Position numbers and translations under genes: made by a program
Shown here: positions 29,194 to 37,951 of the stretch, one piece after another
Position numbering within the stretch: position 1 is the stretch's first letter
Layout: every line of letters begins with the position of its first letter
Source: Eubacteriales bacterium
GTDB taxonomy: Bacteria > Bacillota > Clostridia > Oscillospirales > Oscillospiraceae
NCBI GenBank assembly: GCA_030539285.1
Contig: JAUNSH010000006.1
Span: forward strand, 9,027 to 73,026
Direction of reading: 5' to 3'
DNA length: 64,000 nucleotides
Notes under the pieces: model-generated
Database searches by the model: none
The model's input: only the letters and a program-made list of their open reading frames with translations
Told to the model about the DNA's origin: nothing

Positions 29194-30315
29194 ATGACAA
29201 ATAACCCTGCCAGTAATATGGATGTGAAGCGGCTGAACCGTGAGAATACCCTGCGCTGTCTGCTTAGCTGCGAACGAATCTCTCAGCCTGAGCTTTCACA
29301 GAAGCTGAATCTGAGCTGGCCCACCGTATTGCAGAATGTGAAGGAACTGGCAGCCCTTGGCCTTGTTCAGGAGGTTGGTGCTTATGCATCCACTGGTGGC
29401 CGCAAGGCAAAGGCTTATGCGCCTGTAGTGGATGCGAAGCTGGCAGTTGGACTGGATATTACCCAGAATCATGTAGGTCTGGTGTTAGTCGATCTAAGCG
29501 GCAAGGTTGTGCGCTATACCAGAAAAAAACGGGTTTTTGCGCTCAATGAGGAATACTTTCAGAATCTGGGACAGCTGCTGACAGAGTTTCTGGAAGCGGA
29601 GGAGACGGACAAAATTCTGGGCGTTGGGATTTCCCTGCCGGGCATTGTGAACGAGTCCGGAGACAGACTTCTGTATTCTCACGCATTGGATATTTACGAT
29701 GTGGATACTGCCATGTTCAGCAGGAATATTCCATTTCCTTGTTTGTTTCTGAATGATGCCAATGCAGCCGGTTTGGCAGAGGTATGGGGGAAACCCAATG
29801 TGGGTAACATGGTGTACCTCTCCCTAAGCAACAGCGTAGGCGGTGCGATTATTCCCGGAGGCAGGCTCTATACGGGCACGAACCTCCGGGCCGGTGAGTT
29901 TGGACATAACACACTGGTTCCCAATGGGCGTAAGTGTTACTGCGGCAAAGAGGGTTGTCTGGATGCTTATGTCTCCGCCAAAGTGCTGTCAGGGCACACC
30001 GGCGGAAATCTGGCCCAGTTCTTTGACCGACTCAGGGACGGTGAGGAAGAAATGCGGCAGGCATGGAAGGAGTATCTGGAATATCTTTCCGTAGCAATCA
30101 ATAATCTGCGTATGACCTTTGACTGTGACGTGATTGCGGGCGGATATGTAGGCGCTTTTCTGGAAGAATTCGGCGCGCCGCTGCGGGAAATGCTTGCGCA
30201 GAGAAATACCTTCCAGCAGGATGGGAGTTACCTCAAGTATTGCAGCTTTAAGCTGGAAGCGTCAGCCGTTGGCGCGGCGCTGATGCAGATAGAAGCATTT
30301 ATCCATCAAATCTGA
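29194..30315 (+). CDS. ROK-family transcriptional regulator
   Basis: N-terminal HTH, STGGRK, NDANAA, GEFGH, CYCGKEGC. Confidence 0.92.
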   Translation: MTNNPASNMDVKRLNRENTLRCLLSCERISQPELSQKLNLSWPTVLQNVKELAALGLVQEVGAYASTGGRKAKAYAPVVDAKLAVGLDITQNHVGLVLVDLSGKVVRYTRKKRVFALNEEYFQNLGQLLTEFLEAEETDKILGVGISLPGIVNESGDRLLYSHALDIYDVDTAMFSRNIPFPCLFLNDANAAGLAEVWGKPNVGNMVYLSLSNSVGGAIIPGGRLYTGTNLRAGEFGHNTLVPNGRKCYCGKEGCLDAYVSAKVLSGHTGGNLAQFFDRLRDGEEEMRQAWKEYLEYLSVAINNLRMTFDCDVIAGGYVGAFLEEFGAPLREMLAQRNTFQQDGSYLKYCSFKLEASAVGAALMQIEAFIHQI

Positions 30316-30419
30316 GAAAGAATATCGGTCAGGCGGCTCTGTTTCGTACAGAGTCGCTTGTTTTTTGCACAAAACGGGCGAATGGTTTTTGGTCAAACCG
30401 ATGATTCTTACATTGCCTA

Positions 30420-30479
30420 TTGACACGGTTTCCTTTCTGTGATTTAATATAGACACTTAATAAAACACATTATAAAAGT
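30420..30479 (+). promoter_or_regulatory. Polyol operon promoter with a ROK-type operator
   Basis: TTGACA-17bp-TTTAAT; imperfect palindrome acttaataaaacacattataaaagt at 30455-79. Confidence 0.6.
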
Positions 30480-30498
30480 ATTACAGGAGGTAAACAAT

Positions 30499-31554
30499 AT
30501 GGAAGGCAACATGAAGGTAGCGGTAATGGAAGGGATTGGAAAGATGGGTTACACCCAGCGGCCGATTCCGAAGCCCACAGCCAGGGAAGTGCTGGTGAAG
30601 CTGGAGTACGTCGGCATCTGCGGCAGCGATATGCACTACTATGAAACCGGCGCAATCGGTGACTATGTGGTGGAACCTCCCTTCGTTCTGGGGCACGAAC
30701 CCGGCGGTGTGGTTGTGGAAGTTGGCGAGGATGTAAAGCATCTGAAGGTTGGTGACCGGGTGGCACTGGAACCGGGCAAAACCTGCGGACACTGCGAATT
30801 CTGCAAAACCGGGCGCTATAATCTCTGCCCGGACGTGGTGTTCTTTGCCACTCCCCCTGTAGACGGTGTGTTTCAGGAGTATGTAGCCCATGAAGCGGAT
30901 CTGTGCTTCAAGCTCCCTGAGAATGTATCCACGCTGGAGGGCGCGCTGATTGAGCCTCTGGCGGTTGGCTTCCATGCCGCCAATCAGGGCGGTGCCCACG
31001 CCGGTCAGACAGCGGTTGTCATGGGCGCGGGCTGCATCGGTCTGGTGTCCATGATGGCTCTGAAGGCAGAAGGTGTCAGCAAGGTCTATGTGGTGGACAT
31101 CATGCCCAAGCGGCTGGAAAAAGCCCTTGAACTGGGTGCGGACGGCGTCATCAACGGTAAGGATCAGGACGCCGTGGAAGCAGTGCTGGCGCTGACAGGC
31201 GGAGCCGGGTGTGATCTGGTGATTGAGACTGCCGGTACAGAGTTCACCACCCGTCAGTGCATCCGTATGACCAAGAAAGGCGCGACCATCGTTCTGGTGG
31301 GCTATTCCAAGACCGGTGAGATGACACTGCCCATGAGTCTTGCGCTGGACAAGGAACTGACCTTCAAAACCGTTTTCCGTTACCGCCATATTTATCCCAT
31401 GGCCATTGAGGCTGTCGCCGCGGGAAAGGTCAACCTGAAGGGCATCGTCACCGACCTGTTTGACTTCGATGACATTCAGAATGCCATGGATAAGAGCATT
31501 GCGGACAAGGCGAACATTGTAAAGGCCGTTGTAAAGATCGGAAAGGAGTGTTGA
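30499..31554 (+). CDS. Sorbitol/xylitol dehydrogenase family (YdjJ-like)
   Basis: [32 protein letters not shown]. Confidence 0.88.
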   Translation: MEGNMKVAVMEGIGKMGYTQRPIPKPTAREVLVKLEYVGICGSDMHYYETGAIGDYVVEPPFVLGHEPGGVVVEVGEDVKHLKVGDRVALEPGKTCGHCEFCKTGRYNLCPDVVFFATPPVDGVFQEYVAHEADLCFKLPENVSTLEGALIEPLAVGFHAANQGGAHAGQTAVVMGAGCIGLVSMMALKAEGVSKVYVVDIMPKRLEKALELGADGVINGKDQDAVEAVLALTGGAGCDLVIETAGTEFTTRQCIRMTKKGATIVLVGYSKTGEMTLPMSLALDKELTFKTVFRYRHIYPMAIEAVAAGKVNLKGIVTDLFDFDDIQNAMDKSIADKANIVKAVVKIGKEC

Positions 31555-31555
31555 C

Positions 31556-32938
31556 ATGAACGCCCAGTCTTCCAGTCAGGATACCAATATCAAGGTCCCC
31601 TTTATCAGTAAGCTTGCCTACGGTTTTGGCGATGTGGGCTGTAACTTCAGCTGGATGTTCGTCGGTAACTTTCTGATGATCTTCTACACGGATGTATGCG
31701 GCATACCCATGGCGGCGGTATCCCTGCTGATGCTGATTTCCCGGGTTTGGGATGCGATTAACGACCCGGTCATCGGCTCGCTCAGCGACCGGACAAAAAC
31801 CCGTTGGGGCAGATACCGCCCTTGGCTGCTGATTGGCGCGCCTCTGACAGCATTTGTCCTTGTGCTGACCTTCTGGGCGCATCTCGGCTGGTCTGACAGC
31901 GCCAAGACTGTGTATATGTACATAACCTACTGCATTCTGGTTCTGGGCTACACCTGTGTGAACATCCCCTATGGCACCCTCTGCGGCGCTCTGACCCAGA
32001 ATATCGAGGAACGGGCACAGATCAATACCTCCAGATCGGTCTGCGCGATGATCGCCATTAACATTATCAACATGGTCACCCTACCCCTAATTGCCTATTT
32101 CGGCGGCGGAAATGCGTCTAAGGGCTACCTGATGGTGACAATCCTCTATGGCGCAATCTTCACTGCCTGTCATTGGTTCTGCTTTGCCAAGACCAAAGAG
32201 GTAGTCTACGCTCCGGCGAAAGAGAAAATTCCCCTGGGCGTTCAGCTGAAAGCAGCCCTGCAGAATAAGCCCTATCTGATTGCGCTGGCAGGTCAGCTTC
32301 TGTTCGGCGTAACCTTGTACGGCAGAAACGCAGACCTTCTGTACTACTTTAAGTATGTGGAAGGGGATGAAGGTCTCTTTACAATCTACTCCATGATTCT
32401 GATGATTCCTTCCATCATCGGTGCGGGCGCATTCCCTCTGGTATTCCGCTGGCTTGGCAATAAGGGCCGCACGGCTTCTGCCTTTGCCGCCGGAACCGGT
32501 GTTGCCATGTTCTGTATGTACTTTTTCAGCGCCACAATGAGCCCGATTCCCTTCTACACCTTTGCCGCTCTGGCACAGTTCTTCTTTTGCGGTTTTAATA
32601 CCGCCATCTATGCCATCATCCCGGACTGCGTGGAATACGGCGAGTGGAAAACCGGCATCCGAAACGACGGTTTTCAGTACGCCTTCGTCTCGCTGGGAAA
32701 TAAGATTGGCATGGCCCTTGGAACCGCCGCACTGGCAGGGGTGCTGGGAAGTCTGGGCTTTGTCGCCAATCAGGTACAGAGTGCGGCCGTCCAGACCGCG
32801 ATTCACCACGCCTTTTCCACCATTCCCGGTGTCCTCTGGATCATTACGGCAGCTGTATTGTTCTTCTATCAGATCAACAAGAGTTCCTATAACCGTATCA
32901 TTGCGGAGCTGAGCGCAAATAAGGAGAAAAGCGTATGA
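31556..32938 (+). CDS. Glycoside-pentoside-hexuronide (GPH) MFS symporter
   Basis: WDAINDPVIG, SDRTKTRWGRYRPW, PDCVEYGEWKTG. Confidence 0.92.
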   Translation: MNAQSSSQDTNIKVPFISKLAYGFGDVGCNFSWMFVGNFLMIFYTDVCGIPMAAVSLLMLISRVWDAINDPVIGSLSDRTKTRWGRYRPWLLIGAPLTAFVLVLTFWAHLGWSDSAKTVYMYITYCILVLGYTCVNIPYGTLCGALTQNIEERAQINTSRSVCAMIAINIINMVTLPLIAYFGGGNASKGYLMVTILYGAIFTACHWFCFAKTKEVVYAPAKEKIPLGVQLKAALQNKPYLIALAGQLLFGVTLYGRNADLLYYFKYVEGDEGLFTIYSMILMIPSIIGAGAFPLVFRWLGNKGRTASAFAAGTGVAMFCMYFFSATMSPIPFYTFAALAQFFFCGFNTAIYAIIPDCVEYGEWKTGIRNDGFQYAFVSLGNKIGMALGTAALAGVLGSLGFVANQVQSAAVQTAIHHAFSTIPGVLWIITAAVLFFYQINKSSYNRIIAELSANKEKSV

Positions 32939-33897
32939 TCGACATCGTTGCGCTTGGAGAGATTCTGATTGATTTTACGCCCAGCGGGGTGAATGATCAG
33001 GGCATTGCCCTGTTCGCCCGGAATCCCGGCGGCGCACCTGCCAATGTTCTGGCCATGAACAATCGATTGGGAGGAACCTCCGCATTTATTGGAAAAGTTG
33101 GCGCAGACGGGTTCGGAGGGTATCTGCGGCAGACGTTGACAGGGTGTGGTATTGATGACTCCGGCCTAGTGGAAGATGTTTCCATTCCGACGACACTGGC
33201 GTTTGTGCAGCTGAACGAACAGGGCGACCGGTCGTTCTCCTTCTACAGAAAGCCGGGGGCGGATTTGATGCTGACGGCATCGGATATTCGCAGGGACTTG
33301 ATTGACCAGTGTAGGATCTTTCATTTCGGTTCCGTATCCCTGACCGGGGAACCATGTCGCAGCGCCTGCCTTGAGGCCGCTGCCTATGCAAAGCAGCAGG
33401 GCAAGCGGATCAGCTTCGATCCCAACTACAGACCGCTGCTTTGGGATTCAGAAGTGGAAGCCAGGGAGCAGATCATGCGGGGCATTGCTCTGGCGGATAT
33501 TCTGAAGGTATCCGAGGAAGAAATGCTGCTGATTACCGGCACAGCTGATCTGGAGAAAGGCTCCGCAATGCTGCTGGAAATGGGGCCATCTCTGGTGCTG
33601 GTAACGATGGGAGAAAAGGGAGCATTCTACCGTAACCGAACTCACGTTCAGATGATTCCCACCTATCCGGTAAAAGCGGTGGACACGACAGGAGCAGGAG
33701 ACGCGTTTGTTGGTGCCATGCTCTGGTGTCTGAAAGACCTGCCTGTGGAGGAAATATCCCATAGTGATCTGAGCCAGATGGTAGATTTCGCCAATGCCGC
33801 GGGAAGTCTCACCACAACAAAGGGCGGCGCGATTCCTGCACAGCCAACCCTGGAGGAAATCCGTATCTGCCAGAAGAAAAAGGAGGATTCTGTATGA
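32935..33897 (+). CDS. PfkB-family carbohydrate kinase (fructokinase-like)
   Basis: GGAPANV, FDPNYR, DTTGAGDAF. Confidence 0.92.
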   Translation: MIDIVALGEILIDFTPSGVNDQGIALFARNPGGAPANVLAMNNRLGGTSAFIGKVGADGFGGYLRQTLTGCGIDDSGLVEDVSIPTTLAFVQLNEQGDRSFSFYRKPGADLMLTASDIRRDLIDQCRIFHFGSVSLTGEPCRSACLEAAAYAKQQGKRISFDPNYRPLLWDSEVEAREQIMRGIALADILKVSEEEMLLITGTADLEKGSAMLLEMGPSLVLVTMGEKGAFYRNRTHVQMIPTYPVKAVDTTGAGDAFVGAMLWCLKDLPVEEISHSDLSQMVDFANAAGSLTTTKGGAIPAQPTLEEIRICQKKKEDSV

Positions 33898-34130
33898 ATG
33901 TATTGACCGTTGCCTTTACACAGATCAGCCAGGTTCAGGAGTTTGTGAATCTGACGAGTCAATACCCGAATGATGTAGATTTGGTGTCCGGACGATACAC
34001 CGTGGATGCAAAATCTCTGCTTGGTATCTACAGCCTCGATTTGCGAAAGCCATTGCAGGTTGTGATCTTCGGAGATAACTCTGAGCAGCTGACTGAAAAG
34101 CTGAAGCCATTTTTAGTAGAAGAATGTTGA
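33894..34130 (+). CDS. HPr-like protein lacking the His15 motif
   Basis: VDAKSLLGI (Ser46 motif) present; no His in the protein. Confidence 0.8.
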   Translation: MNVLTVAFTQISQVQEFVNLTSQYPNDVDLVSGRYTVDAKSLLGIYSLDLRKPLQVVIFGDNSEQLTEKLKPFLVEEC

Positions 34131-34162
34131 ACACATTCTCAATTCCAGTAAAATAGGATACG

Positions 34163-34205
34163 AAAGCCGCTATGGAATCCGAAGGGAAACCATGGCGGCC
34201 TTTTT
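34163..34205 (+). terminator. Terminator of the polyol operon
   Basis: gccgctatgg...ccatggcggc followed by ttttt. Confidence 0.6.
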
Positions 34206-34271
34206 CCGTACTATAGAAACATTCAATCCTACATATGCCTGAGCAGGTAGGATAGGTGTCCCGAAAACAGG

Positions 34272-34471
34272 AAAATACACAAATGTTCTCAAAATCCAAG
34301 ACGCCGTTGTCCGCGCAAGAGAAAGCGGCATGGATATCAGTGAATACACACTGCGCAGAGCAATTCGCTCCGGTCAGCTCCCCTGTCATGTCATTGGAAG
34401 AACCTATCTGATCTCCTAGCAGAATCTTCTCAAATGGGTGAATTGCGAAGATGGCAATGATAATTCCCTTT
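34272..34471 (+). pseudogene. Excisionase pseudogene (copy of 28726-28925)
   Basis: Near-identical DNA to the first xis; start lost; TGG>TAG at 34417-19. Confidence 0.85.
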
Positions 34472-34578
34472 GAGTAGCAAGGTTTCTGTCAAGTGTACGT
34501 TCGGGAAATTCGCACATTTGCCGCATTTACTGTTTCTGATTATGATATCAGCACATTACATTGAAAGGGGATTTGTAT

Positions 34579-35994
34579 ATGCCATATATTGAAGCGCGCC
34601 GAAATGGAAGCGGCTCCATCACCAGCTACCGAATCGTTGTTTCCACCGGATATGACGATTACGGAAAGCAGATTCGCCATCGCTTTCTCTGGACACCTCC
34701 GAAACCGGGTATGAGCGAGAAGCAGATGGAAAAGGAAGCCACCGCCGCTGCGTACAAATATGAGGAGCAGATCAATAACGGTTTTCTCATTGACCTGCAT
34801 CAGACCTTTTCACAGTATGCCCAATATGTGTTGGACTTGAAAGAAAAGACCGGTGTACGCGCCTCTACCATCGACCGCTACATTGACCTTCTGGTGAGAA
34901 TCAACCAGGCAATCGGCAGTCTTGAACTGACTAAAATCCGTCCCCAGCACCTGAACGCCCTTTACTCCGACTTGAAAGAGAATGGAGTCCGCGCTGACAC
35001 AGACCGGGCAGTCGCCACACGGGCGCTGAAAACGACACTGCATGAAATGGAAATCTCCAAAGCAAAGCTGTCAAGGATGGCTGGTGTCGCCGCCAGTACC
35101 ATTACCAATGTTACCAGAGGTGATCCCATTCGTATCGACAAAGCAGAAGCAATCGCCGCCGCTCTGGAATGTGACTTCGATGAGCTGTTTAAGGTTGAGG
35201 AGAACCGAACGCCCTTGTCGGATAAGACAATCCTGGAACACCACCGCCTGATTTCCACCATACTGGCGCAGGCGGAGAAAGAAATGCTCATCACCTACAA
35301 CCCCGCAGCACGGGCTACTCCGCCGAAGCCCAAAAAACCGAAGCCGGACTATTACCAGCCCGATGAAATGGACGAGATTCTGGCAGCACTGGAAAATGCG
35401 CCGCTCAAGTGGAAAACGATTACATACCTTCTCATTGATACCGGGTGCCGCCGGGGAGAAATCCTTGGCTTAAAGCCGGAGAATGTTGACTACGACACAG
35501 GGCTGGTGGTCATCGACCACGCACTGCTGGCTACGAAGTCAAAAGGTGTGTATGAAGGCGAAACCAAAACCGGCAGCATGCGAGCCATTCGCCTTGCGCC
35601 CCAAAGTTTGGAATTGCTCCGCAAATGGAAAACGGAACAGCTCCGTATGAAGCTTGCCCAGGGAGACCGATGGGTGGACAGCGGCTACATCTTCACTCAG
35701 GATGACGGAAGCCGTCTGCACCCCGACAGCATCACCGATTGGCTGGGCAAATTCAGCAAGAAACATAACCTGCCGCACATTCATCCACACGCATTTCGTC
35801 ATACCGCAGCCTCGACCATGATTGCCAATGGCGTGGATTTGGTCACTACCGCAAACGAACTCGGTCATGCCAATGCATCGACCACCGCTTCCATCTATGC
35901 CCACCAAATTGCCATTGCAAAAGCAAAAGCCGCTGATGTCAGAGCCGGTGTATTTGCTGGCAGAAGCGCGAAGCCCAAGAAAAAGAGAGCATGA
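34579..35994 (+). CDS. Tyrosine integrase with an inserted XRE-HTH domain
   Basis: TGCRRGE (R), TKT (K), HAFRH, LGHA, Y; lies next to the att repeat. Confidence 0.92.
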   Translation: MPYIEARRNGSGSITSYRIVVSTGYDDYGKQIRHRFLWTPPKPGMSEKQMEKEATAAAYKYEEQINNGFLIDLHQTFSQYAQYVLDLKEKTGVRASTIDRYIDLLVRINQAIGSLELTKIRPQHLNALYSDLKENGVRADTDRAVATRALKTTLHEMEISKAKLSRMAGVAASTITNVTRGDPIRIDKAEAIAAALECDFDELFKVEENRTPLSDKTILEHHRLISTILAQAEKEMLITYNPAARATPPKPKKPKPDYYQPDEMDEILAALENAPLKWKTITYLLIDTGCRRGEILGLKPENVDYDTGLVVIDHALLATKSKGVYEGETKTGSMRAIRLAPQSLELLRKWKTEQLRMKLAQGDRWVDSGYIFTQDDGSRLHPDSITDWLGKFSKKHNLPHIHPHAFRHTAASTMIANGVDLVTTANELGHANASTTASIYAHQIAIAKAKAADVRAGVFAGRSAKPKKKRA

Positions 35995-36111
35995 TGTTCC
36001 AAAGCCCAAAAATCCGATTATTCTGCAAGCGAGTATTGGGGCCCGCAAAGTCGAAGAAAAATTCTCAAAAAAGTTCGGATTTTTCCACCTTCAAAAATCG
36101 GGTTTTGGGCG

Positions 36112-36132
36112 TGAACCCCAAAATGAACCCCA
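36112..36132. repeat. Tandem arm-type site candidate (left element)
   Basis: tgaacccca-aaa-tgaacccca, 12-bp period, beside att. Confidence 0.55.
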
Positions 36133-36162
36133 GGACAATTTGAGGGGCCAGAAAAACATAAG

Positions 36163-36254
36163 AAAAGTTAGAAAAACACCGGATTTCTAATCGAAATCCG
36201 GTGTTTTTATGGTTGCGGAGGCAGGACTCGAACCTACGACCTCCGGGTTATGAG
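36163..36254 (-). repeat. att site: 3' half of tRNA-Met(CAT, initiator type) plus terminator; copy 1
   Basis: Reverse complement of 36210-54 is ctcataacccggaggtcgtaggttcgagtcctgcctccgcaacca; 92-bp direct repeat with 62782-62873. Confidence 0.9.
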
Positions 36255-36343
36255 GGCATTTTTGAGGTTCTAAAAGTTTGTATTTACCGTTAAATGTCGC
36301 GATTAACTCAAAATATCGATAGTCAAATGTTGAGAAACTGAAA

Positions 36344-36389
36344 CCGCGGGGATAGAACTTAAAATAAACTATCCCCCAAACTATCCCCC
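36344..36389. repeat. Arm-type site candidates (middle element, left end)
   Basis: ccgcggggatag, then aaactatccccc x2. Confidence 0.6.
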
Positions 36390-36448
36390 ATGAAATTCTC
36401 CAAAAAGTTCGCAAATTTACACACTTGACAGATGTCATTCTGCTGCTT

Positions 36449-37402
36449 TCATTCTTGCATTGCGCGCAGTACCTTTGCGACATTGGCAGGCTGAAGGTAG
36501 GACGGGTTCAGACGGTTTTTGCTATAATGTAATACCGTATCGTGTGTCAGTTGAATCAGCAAATCGGTGAAATACTGCTCCCAACTGAAATAAAGGCTGG
36601 ACTCAATATTGTCAGACGGATGATCGAGGATTTCTTTCGGCGTTTGGCTTCCGAGGATGCCGGACCTCAAGACCAGCCATTCAAAGGATTCCGGGAGGTA
36701 GAGTGTAATCTTATTCGGTTGTGCCTCCATCAACTGATAGATTTTTTCAAGCTCAGAACCGAATGCCGCCCCATCCGCAATCACGAGGACACGATCCGCG
36801 GTACGATTGGCCAATTGGGAAAAAACATTGGATTTTCCCTGGGCTGATATACAAGAAATATGATTTTCCGTAGCAATGTAGCCGAACATCTCGTGTCCGG
36901 CGTTGGAGTCCTCTGTGACGATCTCCTGAATTCTGCTGATCTCGCCGACAGGGTCTGCCAGGTGATCATATTGGGGATAGGCACGGACATAGGTTTTCCC
37001 GCGTCTGCCGGTGGTTTTCAATTTCAGAATGGCATTGACACTGTAAGGCAGCTGGTGGAGGCTTTCTCTTGTGACAATCACATAATAGTTGCTGCTATTT
37101 TGAATGGCTCTGGCAAAGGCTTCCGACTTTACAAGGGAATTTCCTTCATCCAGAAACACGATGCTGTCCCGGATTCCGTTCAGACGATACTCCCAGTCTG
37201 CATTCGTCAGAACCCGGCAGGGCCTTTTGCAATGGACAGTAACGCCGCTGCTTCTGCCGCTTTCCTCGAAATCCCGGAGCATCTCGATAAGTGTGGTTTT
37301 TCCGGTGGCGCTGTCACCGGAAAGGATTATAATGTTCCGCTCCAACTCTAATGTGAAGGATACATTGACATTGGAGGCTTTGACCTCATATGTTCCTCTC
37401 AT
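36449..37402 (-). CDS. Small P-loop ATPase fused to a TOPRIM-like domain
   Basis: GDSATGKT, IVFLDE, IVTED, VIADG, PESFEW. Confidence 0.65.
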   Translation of the reverse strand: MRGTYEVKASNVNVSFTLELERNIIILSGDSATGKTTLIEMLRDFEESGRSSGVTVHCKRPCRVLTNADWEYRLNGIRDSIVFLDEGNSLVKSEAFARAIQNSSNYYVIVTRESLHQLPYSVNAILKLKTTGRRGKTYVRAYPQYDHLADPVGEISRIQEIVTEDSNAGHEMFGYIATENHISCISAQGKSNVFSQLANRTADRVLVIADGAAFGSELEKIYQLMEAQPNKITLYLPESFEWLVLRSGILGSQTPKEILDHPSDNIESSLYFSWEQYFTDLLIQLTHDTVLHYSKNRLNPSYLQPANVAKVLRAMQE

Positions 37403-37414
37403 CGGAGCCTCCCA

Positions 37415-37849
37415 TTAAACATACTTCGCAGCAATCAATACCAGCTGCTCCATATTGTCAACGATTACATCCTCATTCAGCACTCTGACCTTGAAGTGCG
37501 TTCCGAAACGCATGATATGCCGTAAATTGATGGTAATATCCTTCAGTTTGGCGATTTCCAAGATGTATTTCGCGCAGTTGTCGCCGCAGGTAGAGGCGTT
37601 GAATACCATATCAGGGTTATTCTTAATCAGCAGCAGTGTTTTGGTTCCGCCGGACAGCATAACCGGAGGAATCAGCCCCAGAACGGGGCTTTTGATCAGA
37701 TGCGTATCCAGCACTTCGGACTTATCCACGCCTTTGATAACGCGCTTTGCAAAATCGTCACAGAGCCATTCCTTCTGAAAAGTATTCTTAAAATAGACTT
37801 CTGTGTTGTAAATTGCCTCCGGCATATCGCCGAAATAAATGTTCAGCAT
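37415..37849 (-). CDS. DUF4869-like protein
   Basis: MLNIYFG..IKSPVLG..LSGGTKTL..CGDNCA. Confidence 0.7.
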   Translation of the reverse strand: MLNIYFGDMPEAIYNTEVYFKNTFQKEWLCDDFAKRVIKGVDKSEVLDTHLIKSPVLGLIPPVMLSGGTKTLLLIKNNPDMVFNASTCGDNCAKYILEIAKLKDITINLRHIMRFGTHFKVRVLNEDVIVDNMEQLVLIAAKYV

Positions 37850-37951
37850 AGGATCAAAACCTTTCGAGAGGGAATTCTTAGATAATGATAGATTATACCG
37901 CTGTATGGATGCATTGGTCAATGGAAAACAGTCATGTTTTCGGGTTTACCC

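Noticed and set aside
30481-31557. 358-aa minus-strand ORF
   Set aside because: Antisense to the polyol dehydrogenase
36210-36254. tRNA-Met gene
   Set aside because: Only the anticodon loop to CCA is present; the 5' half is missing here and at 62829-62873
36187-36483. ORFs ending HNPEVVGSSPASATIKTPDF (also 62779-63009)
   Set aside because: The shared peptide is just the translated tRNA/att repeat
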